54,094 nt of DNA from Octopus bimaculoides (taxonomy: Eukaryota): the NCBI RefSeq assembly GCF_001194135.2, contig NC_068983.1:59861811-59915904 (forward strand), written 5' to 3'. Position numbers and translations under genes: made by a program. Position 1 is the first letter of the stretch; each line of letters starts with the position of its first letter. The notes beneath the pieces are model-generated. The model saw only the letters and a program-made list of their open reading frames with translations, had not been told where the DNA came from and made no database searches. This document shows positions 1 through 15,262 of the stretch, in pieces.

Positions 1-300
1 CAGTACCGCCTGACTGGCTCCCGTAGGATTTTCGAGCGAGATCGTTGCCAGTGCCCCTGGACTGGCTTGTGCGGGTGGCACATAAAAGACACCATTTCGA
101 GCGTGGCCGTTTTCGTGCGGGTGACACGTAAAAGCAGCCACTACACTCTCTGAGTGGTTGGCGTTAGGAAGGGCATCCAGCTGTAGAAACTCTGCCAAAT
201 TAGACTGGAGCCTGGTGTTGCCATCCGGTTTCACCAGTCCTCAGTCAAATCGTCCAACCCATGCTAGCATGGAAAGCGGACGTTAAACGATGATGATGAT
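1..300 (+). mobile_element. Young RTE-tailed SINE or RTE 3' end, cut by the window start
   Basis: CpG-rich GTGCGGGTGGCAC repeat units, TTAGGAAGGGCATCCAGCTGTAGAAA core, tail CATGGAAAGCGGACGTTAAACG(ATG)n. Nearly identical to the reverse complement of 49313-49468. Confidence 0.75.
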
Positions 301-1004
301 GAAGATGATATATATATATATATATATATATAAACACACACACATCATCAATGATGATAGATACACACACACACACTCACACACATATATATATGGATAT
401 ATTTGCATATGTGTATACATCTTTGTGTATATATATATATATATATTATCATCATTTAACATCCCCTTTTCCATGCTGCCATATGTTGAATGGTTCAGTA
501 TGAACAGATATGTCAGAGGCCTGTGCCAAGTTCTAATGTCCACTTTGGCATAGTTTCTTCAGCTGCATGGTCTCCCTAATACCAATCTCTTTACATAGTT
601 TACTAGATGCACCAGCCTGTTGTGTTCACCAAGTACCTTCAAAACAACCTCACAACTGTGTGAGATATAAAATTGTGGGATAGGAAACTGTGATAGAGGG
701 ACAAGAGCAGGTAAGCAGCTTGCTGAAGTGACAGGTGTGTATGTTTTAATGTGTGTGAGTGTTAATTTTGCAAGTTTACCTTGTCACCACCTGACTAAAC
801 CAGTACTGTGATGTTTACATTCCTTAGTGATATCACAGTTGGCTGTACAAGGCTCTGAAAGATGTAGAATAGAAAACAAATCCTTAACATTAGCCAGGTC
901 TCAGAGTTGGCCACAGGGAAATCTTGCCTTGAATAGATCACTATCCAACCCTTGTTTCAATAGAAAAGCAAATGTTAAATGATCAAGCAAATGAATATAT
1001 ACAT

Positions 1005-1325
1005 GTAGCACCCTGGGCAAATGTTTTCTACTTGTGTGAACTTGCTTTGTGAGTGGATTTGGTAGAGAGAAACTAAATGAATCCCATCATAAATATGGAT
1101 TATAACCCCACTATACACTATATGTGTAGGTGTCCTTGTCTAGACATCGAGTAATGGTTGTAAACAAACATCATTTTCTTACAAGCAATGTCACTCATTT
1201 GTAATCTTGTTTGGAAACAGGTGACAATTAGCAACAGGAAGTGTACCTTTCTGTAGAAAATCTACCTCAGTGAATTCTGTCTCACCCATGCAAGGAAGAA
1301 AAAGTGTCTGTTAAAACAATGAGGG
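1005..1325 (+). mobile_element. Degraded SINE with CORE-like head and RTE-type tail
   Basis: CACCCTGGGCAAATG core and GGAAACAGGTGA...GTAGAAAATCTACCTCA...CCATGCAAG tail, shared with copies near 14170-14450 and 23365-23720. Confidence 0.55.
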
Positions 1326-1345
1326 TTATACATAGGATTGTGTGT

Positions 1346-1389
<44 letters not shown>

Positions 1390-4300
1390 AAGATACGTGA
1401 ATTTATTACATCCAGCCTTGGAAAATATCCTGTTGTAGAGTGACATGTAGTAACCAATAACATTATAGAAGCTTTTAAATGCACATTATTATCAAGTTCA
1501 TACCACATGCACACACCACACACGCACACACCACACACACACACACATTAAACACTACACACTCATACACAAAGGCACACATGCATATGTGTGTATATTC
1601 CATTCATGGCAGACTAATCTGTCATCTGGTTTAGCACCACTCTCTTTTCCTTTGGTGTCATTACTCTTTATCAGAGGAATCCACTCTGTTTGAACCATAA
1701 TTAACTCAGATCTCTGGTTAGGAAAGATAACATGATAGTTTGGTGCACTGCTTTCTACTACAGCAGCCCATGACTCTTTGTTTGTCTTTTCTTTTCTTCT
1801 GCACCACTTTCAATGGTCTCTGCATGCAGACACAAGCTTTGCCCCTTTCTCTGAAGCCATAAAATATATATAAAAAAGAATTAAGTTGTTAAGTGGTTGG
1901 GTACATAGTTTCAGATCTACATAAACTGGAGCAGACTGCAGCCATCTTCAGAAATATATCTATAATCTCTGCTCATCATTTGTTATTCTACAGATCTTCC
2001 AACACTTTTAGACAGTGTCTGCAATATGTTCAGAGTTTTGTTGCATTGTTAAACTTCTATATTGATTTATTCCTCAAACATGCATTATCAAACTATAGTC
2101 ATATGTATGTACTTGTGTAGATATTATATTCTGGTACAGATTCCAACCTCCGGGCTGTGGTGGCCATGTAGAGGCACTGGTATTAAGTCATACAAGTTTT
2201 TATGTATAGTAAATTGTGTATGTGTATGTGTGTGTGTTATTATTTATGGAAAGGAGGAGAGAGTGAGTGAGTAAGAGAGAGTCAAAGCACAAGCATTGCT
2301 AGTTGACTAATTTCTCTTCAATACGTCTGCATATTTATGAAAATTTTCTGTTAAACATTTATACAGAAATCTAGAATCAATAATATATATATATATACAC
2401 ACATATATATATACATATTATGCATATACATATGCACACACACCTATATTTTGTAGAATATATACATAAGAGAGTCTGTCTGTTTGTGTGTTGTGGGAGA
2501 GAGACAGACATAGTGATTGAGAGAAAGAGAGAGATGGCAAGTTTTGTACGTTGTATGTGTTCTGATGTCTAAGAGATTTAAGATATTTAGGATGAGTCTT
2601 TAGAATCCATAAATCAGTAAATCCAGCTCAATGATGGAGAACTAAATTATCTCTCAGAGAACAACTCCATCTGTTCTGAATTCTTCAATATTAAATAAAC
2701 AGAGAACATATTTTGATTAAAAAAGAAATCCCACTTCAGATGCCTTTCTTGATTGCAAGACTTTGGAATTTGGTAAAAGAGATTTGAATTCATTATTTTC
2801 AGGCTTAATTTCTAATAATTGGAACTAGACAATTTGGTATTAAGAATAGCAAGTAAGACTCAAGTATTTTAACCTTTCTTTAATTTTTATCTTGAATAAG
2901 CTTTCAAGCACAAGAAGGCTTTTTTCCAGAAAAATTGTTAAATCTACATTTGATTAGGGTATTTATTGCTAAATGTAAATTCTAATAAAAATACAAAATC
3001 TTGTTTACTATAACCAAGATTTCTCCAACCTTTCTGTAATACTGATATTAGCAAGGTGGTATACAAGGATTTGAGTTTTATATTAATGTTACTTCATGCA
3101 ATATCGATTACCCCTGCCTTCTTTCCTATCCACACACACTCACACACATCTAGTTTGCTGTTAAAATTCCTATCAGCTTCTAATTGCTTTTTTTCTTGTT
3201 GTTGTTTTCATGATGCATCATTCTTCCCTGGAATGAGAAAAATACTGTGCTTAAGAACTCGTTGTAGTGCATACCAATCACCATAAAGTAGAGACAAGTT
3301 CCTGGCATGCTGAGTGAATGAGCTGGATATCATTCCAAGTTGAAACCATTTCTTTTACTTTTCTGTCACTAAAAAAGCCCTTGGAAGATATTTCTCCCAT
3401 CACAAATGTTAATGCAAAGTCAGATTTGGTTGTTGTTGTTGTTGTTGTTGTAGTTCTTGTTCTTATAATATCCTCCCTTTTTCTCATCCTTATAAATGTG
3501 TAAGCCATAAATAAATGCCAGAAGGCGGAAGATACAGTATAACTGATAATAATTGTTGCATTAACTCCTAGTGCTGAATTCAAATCTTCTAATAAATAAA
3601 CAGAAAATAATTGTGAACAAGTATTGGAGGGGTGGTGCATTGATGATGTCGCTAGTATAAGTACATAGAAGTTATAACAGATCAACAGTGATCTTTCTAA
3701 CACAAGGAAGATATATTCCTTTTATGGAATTACTTTCCTTTTATGGTATTACTTTTCCTTTTTAGAATTACATTGTATGCAATGTTCTGCATTTATATTT
3801 TATAAATTTATTGACTTTTCATAGATTCTTAAATTTTGACATGGTTATTGATCATTAGTATAACTATCACTATCGTCTCTGCTTTCCTATTTTGGCAACA
3901 ATCTGCTTGGCTACATTTTACATTGTTTCAAAATCACATACTACTAGAGGACTACATATTTGGTGGTGGTGGTGGTGGTGGTGGTGGTGGTGAGGATGGC
4001 ATTTGTTAAAATGCATCACTGACCTGTTTCAACCTCTACATTTTCATGAGATTACTTGCAGATATATGATGAAAATGTTATTTTCATTGAATAATCTTTA
4101 ATTTCTCATTTATATTTATTTATATAGGCACATGCATGGTTGTGTACTTAAGAAGTTTACTTTGCAACTGTATGGTTTTAGGTTCAGATCTTCTGCATGA
4201 ACTTTGGGCAAGAGTCCTGGTCTATCAATGCCTTGTGCCTGAATTTGGTAGAAGGAAACTTGGGGGGATTCCATGTGGAAAAATACAGAGATTATGGTTC

Positions 4301-4837
4301 TGGAGAAAAATTTTTTACAAAATTTCAATTTTTAATGAAAATACTCCCTCCCATTCCCAAAAGGATTGGTGGGGAGTGTATTCTACATCTCCACCTTCCA
4401 TGCTGGAAGCTGTGTATATATTTATATTGTATATAATTTTTATTTGTGTGCATGAGTCCTATTTGTGTTTCTCCACCACCCACCGCTTAACAACTGGCAT
4501 TTATGCCCCTGTAACTTAGCAACTCTGCAAAAAGGGCATGATAGAATAAGTACTAGACTGAAAATAAGAACAGGGGTTATTTGTTTCACTAGATCCTTCA
4601 AGACAGTACCCCCAGCATTGCTACAGTCCAGTGACTGTACACTTTTGCATTAAACAAATGTAATACTTATTACTATTTTAGGAGAGTGTACAAAGTAGTA
4701 AGCAGGCAGAACTGTTAGCACACTGGGCAAAATTCTTAGTGGCATTTCATCAGTCTTTACATTCTGTATTCAAATTTTGCCATGGTCAACTTCATCCTTC
4801 ATCCTTTTGGGGTCAATGAAATAAGCACCTGTTAAGT

Positions 4838-5567
4838 CGGTGTTTCTCAACCTTTTTACACTTGCGTAACACTGAAAATGAATTACATATCTCAAGGAAC
4901 CCTTGCACAAAATATTATGTACCGTATCTTATATTCTTCCATCGTAGTTCACATGGTAAATATCATATANNNNNNNNNNNNNNATATATATATATATATA
5001 TATAGTTTTAGGGAAAAGAACCAAGGTTCATGAACTCATCAATGAAAATCCACTGTCACATAATTAGTTATGAAACACGTGTAGTCATTTTATTATCTTT
5101 ATCTTATGATATTTACTTTGTTTTATATTATACTCATTTATTGTGCTTTTGATTATTAATTTTTCTATATGTGATAGTGGATTTTCATCGATGAGTTCAT
5201 GGAACTTGGTTCTTTTCCCTAAAATTATATATTTATATATATATTTTACTCTGTAAAGCTCAATTTAATTTTAATATTTTATATATTGATTTTAATTGAG
5301 TTTTTACCTGTAATTTTGGATTTTGTCCCTAATATTTTTATTATCATATATATATATATATGGTTGTTATATATTTTTGATAACATAATAGGTTAGATAG
5401 GATTATGTCTATATTACAATATTACAATAACCAATAGTATGTTGTGCATGTATAGTAATATTAAGATCATGAAATTAGCATTAGCTTATCTCACTCTTTC
5501 TCATGGAATCCCTAGGAATCTTTTACAGAACCCTAGGGTTCCGGGGAACCCTGGTTGAGAAATGCTG
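4838..5567. mobile_element. hAT (Charlie-like) MITE
   Basis: TIRs CGGTGTTTCTCAACC and GGTTGAGAAATGCTG; 8-bp TSD TGTTAAGT / TGTCAAGT (7/8 match), the length typical of hAT elements. Confidence 0.78.
5001..5229. mobile_element. MITE with ~62-bp TIRs in a TA context, nested in the hAT MITE
   Basis: 5001-5062 is the near-perfect reverse complement of 5168-5229; (TA)-rich flanks. Confidence 0.8.
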
Positions 5568-6889
5568 TGTCAAGTACTGGAGTTGATGTATTAACTTCCC
5601 CATCCCCTCAAAAACTGCTGGTCTAGCACTAAAATTTGAAAGAATTATTTTAGGGCAGTGTGTTGGCAAAATCAATAGAGCAACAAGCAAACATCTTACA
5701 GTATTCAGTTAATATACCTTTATATCACGAGTTCAAATTCTGCCTGAGTTAGTTTGCTTTCTTTGCTATGAAGTCATTGAAATAAGTATAAGGTAAATCT
5801 AATCAGCTGTTCACATCTCATCAAATGTGTGGCCATGTATCTAAATAAGAAGCCAGAATTAGTTTCTTTTTTCCTTTTCGTTTAGTTGTCCCAGCTCTAT
5901 TTATTTTTATCCATTAGTGTCTCCCTGAAGCTCTATAGCCAACGCATTTTATAACAAAACATCTTTTTGACAAGCAGAGGTGGCAGCATAAATATAATCT
6001 CCACAAAATAAGCTCTTTGCTTTTTTTACTCATTTTGTTTATGTTTTTTACAATATATATTTTTCAGCTGGTGTACAACTGAATTTGATCATTCATGCAG
6101 AACTAACGATTCCAAACAGTAATCTAATTATCATGCGGAAAAAATGTATGCTTAAAGAATATTAAGTTATTTTTCTTTCAAACATTCTTACAGTGTAACT
6201 TATTTGATGCAACAACAACAAAATATTATAATCTTTGTACAAAACAAATGGACAAAGAATGACAAAAAATTCCATTCTAGTTTAAAACAATCTTAGTCTT
6301 AATCTGCTTTCAAAATTGTTTTGAGTAAACCTTGCTGAAATGTCTCAGTATTACTTTAAAATATATTTTTGAAATTAAAGAACCTTAGTGACATTTTAGA
6401 AGCATATAACTTTTTTTTTTTTAAATAGTATCAGCATTAATAGTGGTGTATTTTTTTTTTTTTTGCTTTCTCTTTTCCTTTTCAGTTGATGATGTTGAAT
6501 TTAATTCAAATATAGCTCCATACATACATGTGTGTGTTTGTAAGTGAATGTGTATGTATGTGTGTGTGTATGCATGTACATAACTGTATGCATATGTGTG
6601 AATGTTTATGTGTGTATGTATGGATGTGTGTATGAATGCACATTTGTGAACATATATATATGAATGTACACATGCATGTATGTGTGTGTGTGAATGTATG
6701 TGAGTGTGAATGTGTATCTGTGTGTGTTTGTGTACATCAATTTAATTCTACAAGCTTGAGTAAAATTGTTTCTTATGAACATGCAAAAAGGTGAACTTGT
6801 TTGAAAATTTACTTAAAAAGCAATTATATCCTTCAAACACATTCATCATCTTGACAGATGTTCAAAAGATGGCTCAGCCTTTTTTTTTA

Positions 6890-6946
<57 letters not shown>

Positions 6947-7293
6947 NNNNNNNNNNNNNNNNNNNNNNNNNNNNNNNNNNNNNNNNNNNNNNNNNNNNNN
7001 NNNNNNNNNNNNNNNNNNNNNNNNNNNNNNNNNNNNNNNNNNNNNNNNNNNNNNNNNNNNNNNNNNNNNNNNNNNNNNNNNNNNNNNNNNNNNNNNNNNN
7101 NNNNNNNNNNNNNNNNNNNNNNNNNNNNNNNNNNNNNNNNNNNNNNNNNNNNNNNNNNNNNNNNNNNNNNNNNNNNNNNNNNNNNNNNNNNNNNNNNNNN
7201 NNNNNNNNNNNNNNNNNNNNNNNNNNNNNNNNNNNNNNNNNNNNNNNNNNNNNNNNNNNNNNNNNNNNNNNNNNNNNNNNNNNNNNNNNNNNN

Positions 7294-7332
<39 letters not shown>

Positions 7333-8189
7333 AAAGGTTCAATGGAAATATTTTCCTCCATATGCTGAATTGTTATGAAAAATATAAAAAGAAGGAAATT
7401 ACCAGAAATTTTATGTTGGACAAAATATATATATAAACGTCCTTCTGAAACAAAATATTCATATAGTCAACCAGTTTTACTTGTGCTAATCATGACTAAG
7501 AAGTTATTGATATTGTTGCAGTTTCGTGCTATTATAAGAAGTTTTCATTCCATGTTTGTAGGGGATAGGATATTTTGTAAAAATATACATACATATACAC
7601 AGACATATAAACATTCATACATACATATATATATATAATCCCAAATCATTGCACATCCTGGAGATAGAGCTGAGATATCCTGGAAATGTTGATGGTAAAG
7701 ATGAGCTTGCAAACTTTATTGTTTCAAAATGAACTGTAAGAGTCTGATACACAGATACAAGAAAATATTAATAAAAAAGATCAAGTTAGAATATAGTTCT
7801 ATCTTTCATGCAACATATTTGGAAGAAAACCTGTTCCTCATTTATACAAATACATACTTGTATACACGTATATATGCATGTGTCTGTGTGTATGTTTGTG
7901 TGTGTGTGCATGCATGTATATATGTATTATTGTAACTCTGGTAGCTAATTGTGACATATACTTACAACTTTTTAAGTGTTTGTGTATCTTCACCTGTAAG
8001 TAATGTGTGCACATGTGTGTGCAGAGTGTGTGAATATGTGTGTTTTGCACATGCGCATGTGTGTATGTTTATGTATGTGATTAAAGTATGTATATACTCA
8101 TTTTAGCAATATGTAATAAACATGATTTATTTCATATATGTATACACTATACACAATCAAACACATTCCATGTGTCAGATGCTTTTTCA

Positions 8190-8223
<34 letters not shown>

Positions 8224-8550
8224 NNNNNNNNNNNNNNNNNNNNNNNNNNNNNNNNNNNNNNNNNNNNNNNNNNNNNNNNNNNNNNNNNNNNNNNNNNNNN
8301 NNNNNNNNNNNNNNNNNNNNNNNNNNNNNNNNNNNNNNNNNNNNNNNNNNNNNNNNNNNNNNNNNNNNNNNNNNNNNNNNNNNNNNNNNNNNNNNNNNNN
8401 NNNNNNNNNNNNNNNNNNNNNNNNNNNNNNNNNNNNNNNNNNNNNNNNNNNNNNNNNNNTATATATATATATGTATGTATATATTTATATATATAAATGT
8501 GTGTTTCCTAAATTCCTTGGTTTGGAAATGTATACATCTATGGAATTTAG

Positions 8551-8586
<36 letters not shown>

Positions 8587-9419
8587 CTTAATTCCATGGA
8601 TGTATACATTTCCAAATCAAGGAATTTAAGAACCTCACAATGCAAAATGGTGATTTTCTCGGTACTTTTCTCTATGTGCACATGCTTCTCTGAGTATATG
8701 TCTTTGTGCATCCATATATGTGAGTGTTCATATGCACATGTGTGTATGTGTGTATGTTAGCTTTGCCAAAGTAAATCAATGATGAGGATAAGACCAAAAT
8801 GTTAGTTTCTGCTTAAATTCCTCAATAACTAACTTCTACTCTGCTACACATACAAATACATGTGCAGTGGGTGGTGGTGGGGGATGAGATGACATTGTGT
8901 GCACATGTGTGTTATGATAACTTTAAGAATAAAAACCAAACACTAATTTGTTTAACCATTTAATTGGTTGACTGCTTTAGAAAAGGTTAATGTCTAATCT
9001 GTATAAGTTTGGGGTAAATTCAGTGTAAAAAAAAAAATTAACCTAGTTTTTAATTTTACAGTAAGATAATATATTGTGGTTTTTATGATCAGAATTCTTG
9101 TGTCCCAGAGTTTAATATGAGTCTGGAAAAAGTTTTGACTTTTGAGAAGCTTCTACTATTCCAAATTATTTCTATGGTTATTATTCTATTCATTTATTAA
9201 GCTCGATGTTAATTCTGGTAAATGTAATTCTGGTTTATGCTTATTTTGGCATTTTGGTATACTTCTCTGTGAAGAGGAAGGAATTGATGTATTAAAAGAA
9301 GATCAGTAAATCATTAACAATGAGGAGTTGCAGTTTCCTGATCAAAACTTCTAAAATACTTTCAAATCAAAGAAGAGAAAGCAAAGTTCCATTGCACAAG
9401 TACATTTACACACACATGC

Positions 9420-9990
<571 letters not shown>

Positions 9991-10479
9991 GTATATATGA
10001 CAAAGAGAGAAAACATATGAGTGCAAAAAAAAATCATCTTTTAAAACAATATTCCAGATTATTCACAACAAACACAAGACTCTGATCTCTATAATTCATG
10101 GAGCTATCTGTTTACTACAATTTTTTCCATTGCTTTTCACATGCAGTGTTTATCCTTCAAGATAAAATCAGACACAAATAGTTTACAGTGAGAACAAACT
10201 TTACTTTGTTTATAAGTGTGTGTGTGTTGTATTTGTATAAATACAATTTCTATAAGTTAAGAGAATGTAGGGGTTTATTATAAATTTTGGTAAATTATTC
10301 TCCAGCCACTGTGGTGTTATGATGTTTGTCACCTGGTCAGCTTTAATTCAGAAGATAAAGATCATACTAATGTCCCAATCATGACCCAGATGTTAGTCTG
10401 TGGCTAAGAATCAAGCATTGTGAAGTGGATTTGGGAGACAGAATCTGAAAGATGCTTAACATGCGTTTGTGTGCCGGTA

Positions 10480-10740
<261 letters not shown>

Positions 10741-10916
10741 AAAAATAAATAAGTAACAATTGATGGACAGGTGTCAGTTCCTTACAGCTGTTTCTAACGA
10801 ATTTTTTAATTGATCAATGAGTACATTATATCATTATATAAAAAATGTCTTCTTCAGATGAATGCATGAATTTCAGAATTAAGGAGATATAAAAAAAATT
10901 TTAATTCATGGCACAC

Positions 10917-11623
10917 ACAAGGTCTGATCAGTAAGTATCTAGACTGTTGCCATAGTAACGAAGCTAAAGCATGCAGAGTGAAGCTACTTGGCAAAGATTG
11001 ACCTTGAACTCTGCTGTGCATACGCACTAAGTTTTAACGTTCTAGCTCACTTCCACTGTTTACAGCAGTGCTTGGAAGTAAGGCGTGTAGCATGTGATTG
11101 TTGCATTGACCATGACGGAGAAAGTTGTCATGGTAATACCTGCTCAGAGGCCTGTGCAAAGTTTCAGAAAGTGTATGGAGAGGAGTGTATAGCCACACAC
11201 GTGTGTATAAGTGGTTCAGATGTTTCCAAGACAGCCAAAAAATGTCGATATTGACAAACATTCTGGGAGAGTTGCAACCAGCAGAACTGAGAAAAACATT
11301 GCAGATGTGTGGGCAGCTGTGAGGGGAAAATCATCGAATCACCATCCTTGAATTATCAGAGGAATTGCAGATTAGTTACAATTCAGTTCTGTCCATAATC
11401 TCTGAAGATTTGGGTATGAGATGCATGTCTGCCAAGTTTGTGCCAAAACTGTTTTCAGCTGACCAAAATGACACTCGGGTTCAGTTGCACAAGATCTCCT
11501 TGATTGTGTCAAGAATAATGAAAACTTTTTGAAAATTTTTTGTAGACCTCTGAGCAGGTATCGCCAAACTTTTGTCAAAATTTGATGCAGATTCTCTGCT
11601 CAACTTTCTCTGTCATGGTCAAT
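10917..11623 (+). mobile_element. Non-autonomous mariner relic with a frameshifted transposase N-terminus
   Basis: Left end ACAAGGTCTGATCAGTAAGTATCTAGACT is mariner-TIR-like. From ATG 11112, pieces translate as MTEKV..., SEACAKFQKVYGEEC, TRVYKWFRCFQD, ITILELSEELQISYNSVLSIISEDLGMRCMSAKFVPKL (mariner HTH domains and the W/FVP linker). Confidence 0.85.
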
Positions 11624-12199
11624 AATTGGATCCCTTTTTATGTTGAAAATGTGTGTGCAATCATTATCATCTTCATCTTTATATTTGCTTCTTTTTTCTT
11701 TTTTTTTTTTTGTAGTTTGTTTTTTACCACACTGGCTTAGTTTAAACAAATAATTGTTTATCTTTTTTAAAGCTTTTTTTTTGATGCTTGAAAAATATTT
11801 GTGTTAGTTTCCTGAAATTGGGATTATAATGTTTATCTATTAATATTACCTTAAAATGCCTCTAAATAAAGTATTTCGTACATACAAAATAACACAAGCA
11901 AATGCATTTCAGATATAGTGGTTTACTGAGAGACTTTTTAAATAACGTGATATTTTGGAGGTCAAGGGATTACTAGAAAAACTGCTTCTTAGCATTTGGC
12001 ATAAAAGAACAGGTTATGTGGCCTTTGCAAAATACAGGAATCAATGAGTAGCTAAAAGATTTCAGGATTTTGACAAAGATGGATTTTGAGAATATAATTT
12101 GGATTATTCAACAGAGTCAATTACTTGATAGCCTTCCAGTTTATAGGATTGACAATTCTTCAACCTTTTATTCAAATTTAGTACTGTATAGTAGAAGTG

Positions 12200-12505
12200 A
12201 AGACACATGGCTAAGCGGTTAGGGTTTTTCAACTCTCAGCCATAAGGTCGTAAGTTCAATACCTGGCAGCACATTATGTCCTTGAGCAAGATACTTTATT
12301 TCCCATTGCTCCAGTCCTCTCAGCTGACAAAAATGAGTAGTACCAGTATTTCAAAGGGCCATCCTTGTCACATTCTATGTCACACTGAATCTCCCTGAGA
12401 ATTACATTAAGGGTACACATGCTCAGCCACTTGCATTACTTCAATAAGCCGGCTGTTCTGTTGATCGGATCAACTTGAACCTTCATCAACCGAGAGAGTG
12501 CCATT
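12200..12505 (+). mobile_element. tRNA-derived SINE (family Z)
   Basis: A/B-box-like head (TGGCTAAGCGG...AGTTCAATACC) and TCCTTGAGCAAG core; homologous to 43645-43968. Confidence 0.65.
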
Positions 12506-13657
12506 CATAGTAGAAGTTAACACTCTCAGCAATTCAAATCAACAACGCCTACCTTCAATTCATACTTTTAGTTACTTGACTTCCATTGTTAATGCCTTTT
12601 GGAAAAGAATGAACACTGTAACTCACACTTCTGTGTGAAAAGAAGAAAAATAATATTTCAAATTTTATGTCTATGAGGATAAAGAAACAAAACAAAAAAA
12701 CTCTAGTACTGTAACATCTCTAAGACATTATGACAGATTCTTAACAAGCTATATCTGAAAATGGATATGCTTTTAAAAAATATATATGTTGTCCAATATC
12801 TGATCTTGTTACTTCATGATTTTCTAAACTTATATTTTTTTTCAGAAAACTTTTATATAGGATACAGAGTTCATACATCTATATTACCTGTTAATACATA
12901 TATGAAAAACAATATATAGAGAGAGAGCGGGGGGGGAGATGTGTGTATGTCTATAACAATATATATATACATGTATATGTATAAAGATATGTGTGTATGT
13001 ATATTATGCATATATTATGCATCGTGGTAGTAAGCTGGAGGAGTTTGATATATAGATTTTGAGGAATCTTACATTGTCAAAAAATATGGAATGAATGTGA
13101 TAAGTTATGAGAAACTGTTAATTGAAAATAGAAAACCTGAATAAGATAAGAAGCTTCCAAGCAGAATTGTCTTCCTGAAAGGAAAATATTAATTACAATA
13201 TAAATATTGATTTCTTCACAAACCTAAGGCTTCAGAATTATAGCAAACAGGAACTAGGAGTCATGATATTCATACCTCTCCCAAATTTCCAAATACATCA
13301 TTGACCAAACTATGTTAGCCACACCAAAAAAAAAAAAATAGGTTTGGAAAGATTATTCATTGGTATGATAACATGAGATATATGTGCGAATATTGAAATT
13401 TCATATTTTCATTTGTTATCGTCTGAGCAAAACAGTTGTGTGATATTTCCATTCTTCAATGACTTTACAACTTATGGAATAAAATAAAATCACTCACTTT
13501 AATAACAGATAAGGCTTACTGCCATAAAATGGTACTCATCCAGCCCATGCATAACACTTTGCACAAGTGTCTTCTACTATAGTTCTACACTAGCCAAAGT
13601 CCCGTGAGTGAACTTAGACAGAAACTGAAAGAAGCCCATCATTTATAAATATATACA

Positions 13658-13700
<43 letters not shown>

Positions 13701-13790
13701 TGATTCTGCCACAAATATAACATAAGGAAAAAAATGTAATTATCTTGGTTTCTAGTATTGATATAAATTTGTTAAGAATGGTTTATCCTT

Positions 13791-13898
13791 TATGTTGGAA
13801 ATCTATATGGTCATCTGCACTGAGGAGGGTGGTTTCTTTCAAATTGATGTAATGTTTTCATTGATCGATTAATTGGAGCCACTTGAAACGGCCATAAT
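13791..13898 (+). repeat. Old dispersed repeat, copy 1
   Basis: Aligns with 53570-53670 (TGGTTTCTTTCAAA...GGAG(C/T)CACTT(G/C)AAAC(G/A)GCCATAAT). Confidence 0.6.
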
Positions 13899-15044
13899 GT
13901 ATTGATACCTGGACATCCTTGTTACTTATTTACATTCTGTTCACCTAACTTGGAGCTGTGCAGACTATACCAAACTGACATTGTGCCTCAATTTAAATGC
14001 CTAATTCAAATGAATTTTAATTATAAAAAGCCTCATGATAGCAAAGGAGAATGGGCACCAGCCAGCCTAAAGGTTGGGGTGGGCTGCACCTGCCTACCTC
14101 AGTTGCTATGGCATTGAGGTAGATCCGGCCACCCCCATTAACGGGGACAAAACCTGGATTTAAAACACCTGAGGATGATGATATATATATATATGCATGT
14201 GTGTGTATTGCTATTTCCTTACCTTGACATTGTATGACAGTTGTGAGTGTCACTGCCATACAAGTAATGTCCTTCATTTCCAATTTTCCATGAAAATGTG
14301 TCATAGGCAAATATTACCTTACTTGGAAACAGGTGAAGGTTTGCAATAGAAAGGGCATTCATTCATAGAAAATTTCCCTTAACAAATTTCGTCTGACTCA
14401 AGCAAACATGGAAAAGTGAATGTTAAAACAATGATGAAAACGGTGATTAGTATCAATAGTAGTATGTATGTGTAGGTGGGGTGTTGATATGCATATTTTT
14501 GAAATGATTAAGCCTCTTGATTGTGAAATTTCTTATTTAATTCCAAATATTTGAAAACAACTTCAACAATTTCCTAAACTCTTTTAGCCATTTACAGAGC
14601 TGAAGGTGCTATATATTGATATCAATGTTCAAATTGAATTTTATTTTATCTCCTTTCTGAAAACACAAAAAGAAAGTAAAATGCTTCAAGTAAAATTTTG
14701 TTTCTGCTTTTCTTTTAATATTTTCCATTCACAAGCTGAAATGGATATTATTCTCAGATTCTCAACTTTAGCATCTTTCAACTCTTCTGTTTCATATAGG
14801 AAACTTTCTATAATATATAACATATGCAATTCAGAATTATTTGCCTGAATCTATGGCTTTTCACAGTGTGCTGTGAAAAAATTATTTTGTTATAGATTTG
14901 TAACAGACAAGATCAGAACTTTCAGGAAATTTAAAGGGAGAGAAAAATTGACAAAGTAAATTTGAATAAATAAGTTAATTAAACTTGAATAAATAGGTTC
15001 ATTAAATTTGAATAAATAAATAAGTTCAGTTTAAAATTTAATAA

Positions 15045-15262
15045 TCCTTTCTTTTATAGGCACAAAGTCTGAAGTTTTAAGGGAAGAGGCTAGTTGATTA
15101 CATTGACTATTGGAGTCCAACTCATATCTATTTCATTGGCCTGAAACAATAAGAGGCAAAGTCGACCTCAGTGGAATTTGAACTCAGAACGTAAATATGG
15201 ATAAAATACCACGAAGTATTTTGTTCAGTGTGCTAATAATTCTGCCAGCTCACTAACTTCAG
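15045..15262 (-). mobile_element. SINE family Y, flanked by a ~95-bp direct duplication
   Basis: GGCAAAGTCGACCTCAGTGGAATTTGAACTCAGAACG is the reverse complement of the family Y body. Confidence 0.7.

Larger units (their letters stand above)
4692..5648 (+). mobile_element. tRNA-derived SINE (family Y) split by a hAT MITE
   Basis: Head GCAGAACTGTTAGCAC and B-box-like TTCAAATT. The body is interrupted at 4838-5567 and resumes at AAGTACTGGAGTTGATG, ending AAAATTTGAAA. Confidence 0.7.

Noticed and set aside
6065-6119. Possible small exon (TTTCAG/CTGGTG...CCAAACA/GTAATC, reading GVQLNLIIHAELTIPN)
   Set aside because: Weak donor and no convincing similarity to alpha2delta N-termini; needs transcript evidence.
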